Below are positions 13,388 to 22,963 of a DNA stretch of 64,000 nucleotides, piece by piece. Within the stretch, counting starts at the first letter, position 1; each line of letters starts with the position of its first letter. The notes under the pieces were generated by a model, which saw nothing but the letters and a program-made list of their open reading frames with translations, had not been told where the DNA came from and searched no databases. The position numbers were made by a program, and so were the translations under genes. The DNA is from Balanoglossus misakiensis (Eukaryota > Animalia > Hemichordata), in the NCBI GenBank assembly GCA_040954595.2, contig CM082589.2, positions 3,982,213 to 4,046,212 of the forward strand, in the 5' to 3' direction.

Positions 13388-14647
13388 ATGGCGACGATGT
13401 GGGACATCGTTCACTTAGCGGTAGCCGACTTCTTCTCCGCGTCTTCGCTCTCCCTGGATGACGACTGCATATACGCGGTGTACAACAACACGACGTACTA
13501 CCTGGTGGCCTACGGCGACGAGAGCAACCTCTACTCCACCTACAACATACTCGCCACGCGAATAATCCCCGTGTTCACCATTTGCCTGCTCGGACTGGTG
13601 CTTAACGTCTTGTTCTTGGTCGTAGTCTGGCGGGTGCAGTCGCTGAGGACGACGACCAACATGTACCTGTGCAACCAGGCCGTGGTCGACAGCTTGTTTC
13701 TCTTGCTCTACTCGGTCGTCCAAATGGTCGGTCCGATCATGGTGGATTACATCTACGACATGAGCTACCTGGGTCCCGGCGGCTGCGCTCTCATCAACGT
13801 GGGTCTCGACATCTGTCTCTTGACGTCCGAGTTCAACATCACCCTGTTTACCATCGAGCGCTACCTGGCAATTTGCCACCCGTTCAAAGCCGAGAGGATA
13901 GCGTCGAAGTCACGCACTCTGAAGCTGATCTGCTGTACTTGGGTTCTTGGGTTGGTGGTGGCTTTGCCCTACATTTACTTCTATTCCGAGTGGTACACCG
14001 TGTGCCTGCTTTGGCCGCTGACGTCCAACAGCACCGAGACGGACCTGCCGGAGACGTACTCCTCCTGTTGGGCGGGCGTCAAAACCACCTGGGAAGCGGT
14101 GCTGTATTACCTGCTGCCGGCGACCATCTTCTTCGCGCTCTTCGCCACGATAGCGGTCTTGGACACGCTGACGGCGCTTGAGTTGCGCCGCATGGCCAAG
14201 AAGTGCACGCTGAGCACGGGATCCGCCAAGCACAGCACGGAGACGCGGCTGGTGATCATGCTCGCCGTGACGGCGGCCGTGTTCTTCGTCTGCCTCTTCC
14301 CCTACCACCTGGAGCTCATCTTCAGCTTCTGCATCGCGGTGACGGACAGCCCCGGCAGGGAGGCGGCCTACTGGTGGCAGGAGATATGCCGGTGGCTGCC
14401 CATCGTCAACGCCTCCGTCAATTCCATTATCTACGGACTGCTGAACAGGCAGTACCGGAGGGCCTTCGCTTCCACGTTCGGCTGCTGTGCGTGTTGTCGC
14501 GACAGACAGGTGGACGAAGACGATAAACCAGCGACGTTTGACGGTCAAGGGAACGTGAGTCTAGCCACGTTCAAGACTGAAAGTACATTGGACCTAACGC
14601 CAGAAAAATATCCTCCAGACTTGGAACATGAGGAGACCTTATTTTAA
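13388..14647 (+). CDS. Rhodopsin-family (class A) GPCR, TRH-receptor/neuropeptide-receptor-like, coding sequence in one exon
   Basis: Seven hydrophobic segments; GLVLN (TM1), LRTTTNMYL..QAVVD (TM2), FTIERYLAICHP (ERY motif, close to TRHR FTIERYIAICHP), TM4 Trp, FFVCLFPY (TM6), NASVNSIIY..NRQYRRAF (TM7/helix 8) and a Cys cluster after helix 8. The first ATG is at 13388; the track start at 13373 is a GTG. Confidence 0.93.
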   Translation: MATMWDIVHLAVADFFSASSLSLDDDCIYAVYNNTTYYLVAYGDESNLYSTYNILATRIIPVFTICLLGLVLNVLFLVVVWRVQSLRTTTNMYLCNQAVVDSLFLLLYSVVQMVGPIMVDYIYDMSYLGPGGCALINVGLDICLLTSEFNITLFTIERYLAICHPFKAERIASKSRTLKLICCTWVLGLVVALPYIYFYSEWYTVCLLWPLTSNSTETDLPETYSSCWAGVKTTWEAVLYYLLPATIFFALFATIAVLDTLTALELRRMAKKCTLSTGSAKHSTETRLVIMLAVTAAVFFVCLFPYHLELIFSFCIAVTDSPGREAAYWWQEICRWLPIVNASVNSIIYGLLNRQYRRAFASTFGCCACCRDRQVDEDDKPATFDGQGNVSLATFKTESTLDLTPEKYPPDLEHEETLF

Positions 14648-15676
14648 AACTTACAAAACAGTGATATCTGTTATACAGATACGCTTGGTGTTCGACATAT
14701 GCTCAAAACGACAAAGCTTATAAAAGTTGAGGTTTCCAAGCATTCACATGTGTAAAGTAACAATTGATTGACGTTGCCGTGGTAATTAGAAGATCAAGTT
14801 AACGATCCAGGACAGCTGTGCCTCTAATACGTTGTTGCCTGTGAATGCGTCGCCAGTACATTTTACTTTTTAGTTTATAAGTTTAGGAAGTGCTTTAATC
14901 CTAATAATTTCCCGTATGTAAGTACATGTAGAGATATAGAATATTTTGAATTTTAGACTAATAAATTACCATATGACATAATGACCAATGCGTTCTTTCC
15001 TCATGATATCCCGTATGACCACAAGTCTAAAATGGCTTCGTCACAACAATCATCAGATGTGCACTGAATATGTTCATGTGATATGAAAAATACGTCACGA
15101 ATAAATTGGAAATGTGGAGCAATACAGTTTTCTAGGCTACCTGTTAAATCTAAGTTGGCAGCATGTTAAACCCAAATCTATTATGTTTGACAGTGTCGCC
15201 ATTATGTACAGATCCACACTTCGGAATGATAAATTAAACAATAAAACTACTGTGCAAATTTTCCGGGATTTCTTTAGTAGTGTCATGTTCGCCCGACTGT
15301 TGTAACATCACAATGATCATTAATCGAAACTTACCCCAGTGAAAAGTGTCCCCGTGGAGGTCTTGTGCCATGTGGGAATAAGCCATTGAACCATGGCCAG
15401 TAGAGCGGGACTGGGTGTGGTCGAACTCACCAGGTAACGCAGACGCTCGGAGTAGCTTTCGAGTCCGGTGGCTTATAATCGGCCTGAGCTCAGCGTAAGA
15501 TGACCACATAGATGCACAGATGATTGACACAACAGTAGGTCTTGTGTGATTATCCTGAGTGTTGCTGCTTAAATTAGATGTACTTTCAGAGGACACAGAG
15601 ACATCCTAAGGATTCTCGCCCAGGAAAACGTACAGGGTATGTGGAACATGGCAGCGCGTAAAAGACAATAGGCCAT

Positions 15677-15900
15677 TTTCATGACCCCTACATGACCTTA
15701 TACGTCGTACTTCCGTTGGTAAGATTCCACCAAGTTGACTGAAACCTCTACAAAAATCTGTCAGTGCAGTATGTTCTGAATTACAAAAGTGGCCCCTTCC
15801 AAGAAAAACTGTTCCACCTTTCTTGTCCAAAAATATTTAATTTTGACAACCCCATACCAACGGAAGTACAATGATGTAAGGTCATATAGGGGTCATGAAA
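15677..15900. mobile_element. MITE family A, copy with both terminal inverted repeats, in the probable 5'UTR intron of the tandem-CABIT gene
   Basis: ~45-bp imperfect inverted repeats: tttcatgacccctacatgaccttatacgtcgtacttccgttggta (15677-15721) and taccaacggaagtacaatgatgtaaggtcatataggggtcatgaaa (15855-15900). No ORF. Related partial copies lie at 7411 and 18972. Confidence 0.8.
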
Positions 15901-15996
15901 GTTACAAACTGGTATAGCTTTTATTCGAAATGCCATTATATTGGTTTTGGTCTTACACGCCAATTTCTATTGCTTTGTCGACAGCTTTAAAGGATC

Positions 15997-18900
15997 ATGG
16001 CTTTCAGCCTGAAGAGTAAACCGAATGATAAAAGAAGCTGGACTTTGAAAGAATTGGTGACGGAGCGCCCTCTACCAGTACATGTTAAAGTTATCGAAGG
16101 CAGTTATGGGGAATCCACGCACGACTTGTCAATGGGCGACACCGTGCGAGTTTCCAACAAAACGTCATACGTCACCGCGACTATCTGCGGAGAAGACGAC
16201 GGGAAACCGGGAGCGATTCCTTTGTCTGACGAGAATGGCGATTTGAAGATACCCGAGGACTTGGAGAGTGAGTTCGAGGTCATTGCGGGCCCAACCAATT
16301 GCAGAAGTGTGGATGAAATCCTTTTCGGAACGTTGCCTCGGTTCATTGTCCCGAGCGTTGCTTTTGACGTCGGCGGGGTGAAGGTGGCGCCCGGAACCCG
16401 TCTGAAGGTCTTGAAACGCATCCCGACGAAAGTTGGACTCCTCCGTCTGGAGTGCTGCATCGCGGGTAGCGAAGAACGGGTCGTGCTTCCCAGCCACCTG
16501 GTGGGGAACTTCAGATTGCTGTGGGAGCGAGACTACGTCAGACTGAAGGACATTCACGACCGCCTACCGCAGAAAGTGACACTGCCTGCCTTCGCCCTGC
16601 GCGAGAAGAACGTGCTGACCAGATGCCTGCCTTCTAACTTCACAGGCGTCCTGTTCATAGATAAAGTGGAAGCGGTTGAACTGAGCCTCAAGAACTCGAC
16701 TGAGGAATCCCTGCAGTGGCCGTTGAGTGTCGACCTGGCGGTAGAACTTCTCCGGCAGGAAGAAGTCGACGTTGGCAGTTTTAACCCCATAATAAACATC
16801 CATGAGCTGCTCAAGAGCAAAAATGTGAGCCGGCCATTTCTCTTCCAGACAGTCGCTAACGAGGAGAGTGATGACAGTGCGTTCAGAATTGGCGTGGGCA
16901 CTGAACTGGAGGTGCATTTCAACAGGAGTACCGAGGCTATTTATGGAGTGACGGAGAGCGCAACGCACGTACTGATACCTGCCTCCTACGAGGGCACTTT
17001 CGAAAAGAAGCCCCTGATCTACCCTACCGCGGAAGACCTCGTGCAGGAGAAAGCTTTCGGCCAATACTTCGAAGTGACCCAGCCTTACCATGCCGAAAGT
17101 ATCCAGTTCGCCAGTCTGTTGCCGGGGGACTACATCCAGGCCAAAAACAGGCTGTACGTGAACATCGGGAACAAGGCTGAGACTACAGAAGTGCTTCAGG
17201 TAAAAAAGCTTCGGGACACTCGAATCAATACGCCGAATGTAGTGATACCACTGTACGCGAGGTGCCACTTCAAGCAAATGCACGGCGACGGAAACATTCC
17301 ACAGTTCACCACCGAAGAGCTCCTGAATAAGACTTTTCCAATGACAGTGGTTCCTTTGCAAGACGGGGGGACTTCGTTCCTGTCGGAGGAGGACGTCGAG
17401 AGTGTCGATCTACTGAGCAGAGTGGAGTATTCAACGGTCGTAGCGTGCTACCATAACGAGCCTTGGAGGGACCCGGTCGAAATCCCGGAGTTCGTCGACC
17501 TCTACGGGCGGCACGTGAAGCGGGGAGCAATCCAGAAGAGGATCATCCGGTCCAGCAGAGATGTCCGGACAATCACACTCGTGCAAAGCAAACAGTTGAA
17601 GATCACAGACCATTACAGCAGCGCTGGAAATGTCATCCAGACAGGTCCGCGCCATCTGGCAACAGATGATGGGTTTTTAGCGAAACAAACGAGTTCTGCA
17701 GCAATTGCACAACCTGAAGGTAAGATTCGCCTGACTGATTGTTTGGTTAATTGATTTGTTGGTGATTGTATTGTATTTTCCTTAAAGGGGAAATCCGCTG
17801 TAGCTAATTTCTACATAATTTGGTAGCTTTGATGTCGCTCTTTCAGAAAACACATATTCGCCATGTATAGGTCGCGCGATTTTTTACAAAATCTGGGGAA
17901 AGTTGGCAGAATTTCCAATATGGCGTTTACTGTAATTTGAATCATGGGAAAAAAAGCGCCAGGACCAACTTCCGCCCACCATGGTGTGGGTGATACCATT
18001 CTCCGATTGGTGTCACTGGGCGACAGACTAGGCGTATTTTCATAGCTATTGTTTGTTCTTTGCATCAGTTGATAAACTATCATCAGCAAAGTCGAAAATT
18101 TGTCATCTATTGACAGTTTTCATGAGCGATAACCCATGAAAAATATGCAAATACGCTTAGCTTGTGACACAGTGACACCAATCGGAAAATGGTATCACCC
18201 ACACCAAGGTGGGCGGAAGTTGGTCCTGGCGCTTTTTTCCCATGATTCAAATTACAGTAAACGCCATATTGGAAATTCTGCCAACTTTCCCTAGATTTTG
18301 TAAAAAATCGCGCGACCTATACATGGCGAATATGTTTTTTTCTGAAAGAGAGACATCAAAGCTACCAAATTATGTAGAAATCAGCTACAGCGGATTTCCC
18401 CTTTAATAAATTTATTATAATGTCTTTACATCCAGACACGCCATCACAAATCCAAGCGGAAAAACAGGAGACAAAAAGTGGAATCAAGAAAAAAATAAAG
18501 GAAAGGTTCTCAGGACTGTTCTCGTCCAAAGAAAAAGATGAAGATGTAAACAAAGAACAAGGTAAAGAGCGAGCATGTTCTCTAATCCATATGTAACACC
18601 GACTGTGCGATCACAGTTTGACCTCATCCAATCACTATCTTGACAAAATGGCGACTCGATCCGAGTTCAATGCAGGAGACTGTCGGATTGTTATAGGTGA
18701 CGGTCAGGAAGTGTCCGTTGTGGGTTAAAATGCGTGTTCCTTTCTTTTAGATTCGAAAGGGGGTGACCGAAGGATATCCAAGACGTTGAGCAAGATATTC
18801 GGTAGAGGGAAGAAGGGACAGGTTACAGAAGACGTCTCTAACCAACCCAGCGATGGTAAAAGTTTCTTATGAAACCTCACAAAATACTATGTAGAAAATA

Positions 18901-19917
18901 TAAGCCATTTTCTTGTTCAAAACAAATCCTCCTCGAAAGAAGCCAGATCCTTCTCAGTATAGACACAGAGTATTTTGTAGAGGCTTTAGTCAATCACTGA
19001 CGTGATATCTCACCAACGGAAGTACGAGGATGTAAGGTCATTCAGGGGTCATGAAAATGGCCTATTAAGGAGATAACCACTTTCCAGGTCGACCGACTTC
19101 ACAACTTTCGCTTTGCCAAAGCGGATCGAAGGGCAGATCGAGACCATAGTCCAGATACAGTATTCGAGTTGTGAAGTTACTTATATGCTTATCTTTCAGA
19201 CGACAGTGATGACAGCCATGAATACATCGAGCCAGACGAGTTGCCAATGCCTCCTCTGCCTGCGAAAAGAGGTAAAGTGTCAACAGTTAAGCCTCTTCAG
19301 ACATGAGTCTAGAATAGCCCTTTACTGCAACATTGTAGTGCAATTTTCTATGCGAAGATTTGAAGTTAAAAATATTTTCCAAGGGCGGCATTAATGAAAC
19401 TCTGATCTACTCTATCAGCTAACTAACGATGCAGTCTCTTTCTTTACATGAAGAAACCCAGACTTCAGCGCAGAGAGTTCCACTACCGAGATCACAGAGC
19501 GAACCATCAGGTAGGCCTAAGTCTCACCTCGTCTGAAATCCCAAAAGAATTTTTTGCATGTAAAATATCAAATAATATCTATGACAAATGTTACTTGGAC
19601 CGGTTCAGTTGGTGGAATGACGCGATCACATATATGATGGGCAAAATTTGTAGGGCTGTACAAGTGCAATTGCACTGAATCGACCAATTTGTTCCACCCA
19701 TTAGAAATACCCATATTCATTTAATTATTTTGTGCACCAGAAAGAGTAAGCCAAGGACATAGATGGGCCGAAGAGAAATTTCGAGAGCAACGCCGTCATA
19801 ATGCAGGTAGGTCAATTTTTTGTAAATTTTCTTTTTCAATCAGAATCTGCCACGTTACAGCAACATAAACATTTATCATCGAAGTATTTCACTTAAGGTT
19901 GTAATTTTATGTTAACT

Positions 19918-19956
<39 letters not shown>

Positions 19957-21564
19957 TTGTTTGTTTGTTTGTTTGTTTGTTTGTTTGTTTGTTTGTTCCA
20001 ATCTGTAATTCCCGCTTGGCTTATCGTATCTTTTAGGCGAAAGCAGTGACAGCAGTAGTGATTATGATGACATAGGCGACATGGTACCCCCCGCGATACC
20101 GGAGAAAAAAGAACGTAAGATTTTACCGCGGAAAATGATGAGATCACAGAGTGAGGGTGATGCAGGTGTGGACCGAGGTAAGTATCGACTTGTTTTAAAA
20201 AAACAACCACAGCTCCCTGCAAAGATTTGAGACGTGTGTCGAAGACAACCCCTCTGTTCACAACAGACCGAATGCTGTGTACACCCTTATCAAAAGTCAA
20301 GCGCCCTCTCACAGCCATTTATGAATTCGAACTCAAAGCGAGACCAATGGCGAAACCCCTTTGATGTGATTGGTCAATTCTCCCCATTGGCCTCGCTTTG
20401 AGTCCAAATTCATGATGGCTGTGTGGGGGCGCTACACATGTAATGCCTTTTCTTCCATTTCCCCCAGCCACAGTCACTCAAAGGGACAAGTGGGCCCTAG
20501 AGAAATTCATGAAACAGCGACATTCGGTTGACAAAGAGGGTAAGTCAAATATATCAGTTTTTTCCCTGGCAATAACACCCCACAGCTGTCGTGGTAAAAT
20601 TTAGCACACATGCCCACCCATTATATGCATTCAAATGATCTAACTTGGCTGTTCTTTCAGATGGTGACGATGCCAGCAATGAAGCCAAGGCACGAGAGAC
20701 TTCACAAACACAGAGTACCTTCAATATCGGCAAAGGTAAATTTATGTTTTTACTGGTTAGGCAAAATTACATACACGACGCATGTATGTGGCATCAACTT
20801 CCGTTTCCTTGTTGGTGCAGTATTGCTCACATTAAAATATTTACATCTGACAAGATGATGTAATTGTCGCCCACTACAGATAAACGCGGGCCGTATGTTA
20901 AAATGTTCAAGGAAAATGAAAATGAAGAAAGAGCAAAAAGCACAGTCAGAGGTAAATTTAATTATAACCTAAATATACGTCATCATAAGATGCAAATTTG
21001 GTGTGGTGGACCCTTTCTTCGGTGTCAAACACCAAATATCAATTTACCGATTGCGTTACCTTGGATTACCAAATACATGTACTTATACCAACTGTGGTGC
21101 ATGTATAGTTGAAACATAGATGAATGTGACAACCACATTGTAAAATGTATAACTCAAAGGACACTGTGTGTTGTCCAAAGTAAAATCCTTGCCTGGATAA
21201 TGAAAAGCAACATTTGTAATCTGTGACGCAATATGCACTGACAGGGATGGAGGCGACATGTATTGCAGACATTCTTAATGACAGACAACATTTTTGTGTC
21301 GTTCTCTTGACAGATGTCCCACCGCCGGATGGTGATATCTCTGATTACAATATCAACGATATAGACAGACTTCTGGCCCATCTCAAGTGTCCGAAATCAG
21401 TGAGGCACAAGTTCATCGTGGACAATATAGACGGCCAGAAGATGTGCCAGTTAACAGTACCCGAATTATTGGAGACATATCGGGTGACGGGGGATCCACT
21501 TACGCAATTACGGAGTTACATCATGCTTACTAATCAAAGTCGCGGCGGGCAAAAACAAAATTAA
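15997..21564 (+). CDS. Tandem-CABIT adaptor (THEMIS-like N-terminus) with a Tyr/Pro-rich linker and a C-terminal SAM-like domain (GAREM-like)
   Basis: Exons 15997-17719, 18436-18561, 18751-18855, 19200-19271, 19454-19510, 19741-19806, 20037-20177, 20468-20539, 20661-20735, 20880-20951, 21314-21564. All introns are GT-AG and phase 1, and the joined frame stays open. CABIT-1: WTLKELV...LPVHVKVIEG, LECC...VVLPSHLVGNF. CABIT-2: VLIPASYEGTFEKKPLIYPTAEDL, VVIPLYARCHF, EELLNKTFPMTV. Last exon ISDYNINDIDRLLAHL...FIVDNIDGQKMCQLTVPELLE matches the SAM pattern F..(N)IDG..L..LT...L. Confidence 0.88.
17782..18406. mobile_element. TTAA-flanked foldback MITE with ~235-bp inverted arms (Kolobok-like termini), in intron 1 of the tandem-CABIT gene
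   Basis: TTAA (17782-17785) | AGGGGAAATCCGCTGTAGCT ... AGCTACAGCGGATTTCCCCT | TTAA (18403-18406). Arms ~17786-18018 and ~18170-18402 are near-identical reverse complements, which explains the mirrored ORFs 17811(-) and 18209(+). TTAA target duplication with purine-starting termini fits Kolobok better than piggyBac (CCC). Confidence 0.9.
18972..19066 (-). mobile_element. Partial copy of MITE family A in intron 3 of the tandem-CABIT gene
   Basis: ttttgtagaggctttagtcaa...caccaacggaagtacgaggatgtaaggtcattcaggggtcatgaaaatggcctatt is the reverse complement of the left part of the element at ~15667-15760. Confidence 0.75.
19917..19996. repeat. Compound (TTTA)n(TTTG)n microsatellite
   Basis: Directly visible. 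Confidence 0.9.
20300..20433. repeat. ~134-bp imperfect palindrome or small MITE in intron 7 of the tandem-CABIT gene
   Basis: agcgccctctcacagccatttatgaattcgaactcaaagcgagaccaatgg pairs with ccattggcctcgctttgagtccaaattcatgatggctgtgtgggggcgct (~50-bp arms). Confidence 0.8.
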
Positions 21565-22963
21565 CATTCTCAGTTACATAGCCTGGAACGCATAAACGCC
21601 TAAACCGCTCAGTTTGGTCCTTAATTCACACATTCTGGAAAATATATGTTAGCAGATAATGAGTAGGCAAAATGTCCCAGTAACAGTACACTTTAAATTT
21701 ACACCCGCTCATTCATTGGGTTTTAGAGCAAGAAATTGCATTTGATACGCAGAACAAAAACTGGAAATAAGGCTAAAGGTTACAGATAATGTATAATAGT
21801 TTGCGTATATAACTTTGTTTTATTCTTGTGCAACAGTGTTGACATAAACTTGTCGTTACCATTGCTGGCTAAATGGTAGTAAAGCCGTAACCCTTTTTGT
21901 AGTGTTGGTAGTACATTTTTTTACTTACATCTAATTGTATTTCATATTGAAAGAAAATGTGATGTGACTGTAATAGCAAGTACTTTATATCCCACAGAAG
22001 TACATTTGTATGCAGTGCGTTGATTCGTCTATAATTAACCTAACTCATTGTTCTTCTGATAATTAATGTTCACTACTGTGTACCATGATGAAGAAAAGAC
22101 GGTTTCCTGTTCAACATTATTTAGGCGCTCTCATGCAGCCATCATAAATTTGGCTATTTTTGCTCCACCATATGTTTGTAAAACCTACATGTACTTCTGT
22201 TATATTTTTGTATAACTTCTTTCGCGTAAACCTTTATAGTTTTTGCCTGTTGTAGACAAAATTTAGATTCATTGATTGTAATATCTTCAAAATCCATTAT
22301 GTTTGTTGTTCTATAACCGGATGATGCCATTTCCTTGCTACAATTAAATTTTGTACGATGATTTGTAAACATCAGATTATATTGGGGTTTGGTTCTCGGA
22401 ATTTATGTCGAGCTGTGCGTTCGTCAACACGTCGTCGCATTATTTGCCAAGCATACTATGCCAGAATAAGGCAGCCAGAATTGGGACCTTCTGTTTGTTT
22501 TGAGTGAATGCATTCTATAGCCATTGTCATTTCCTAGGAGAGTTTCACGGTCAAGTCGATGAGACAGAGGTACGCACATGTAGACCTTGAATGCCTGCTG
22601 ACAATTCTTCGAGCCGCTAACCCTGACCCACTGTCTTTTGTAACCTGTAAGGTAAAGGCCAGGGTCAAAGGCAATAAACAGAACAACACTGACTGTCACT
22701 GTCTCAATAGCGTCTTCGGAGGTGAAAACATACTTATTGTTTACACCTTCCCTTCACAAGGGAGCGCCAGTGTAATAATGAGCGGGTGTGTCAATCACGC
22801 CGTTTTACTAACCAATGAAGCGCCCAGACAACAAGAACACGTTGACCTAAATTTCTTATTCGTGCAGCTAAAACGAGACTAACCTGCCTGTAAGTGACCA
22901 TATAATATCCCAGGTTGCTGGAAACGTTATACTAACACAATAGCAAGACAGACTCATTTCAAC

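Noticed and set aside
13415-14548. Long antisense and alternate-frame ORFs over the GPCR (likewise over the CABIT exon at 16.1-17.6 kb and the peroxidase exon at 51-52.7 kb)
   Set aside because: Expected shadows of GC3-rich coding exons.
17811-18406. Two ORFs sharing FFPMIQITVNAILEILPTFPRFCKKSRDLYMANM on opposite strands
   Set aside because: An artefact of the inverted arms of the foldback MITE.
19088-19149. Possible extra exon after the acceptor-like tttccag in the tandem-CABIT gene
   Set aside because: In the required phase it reaches a TAG stop before any good donor; the exon at 19200 keeps the frame open.
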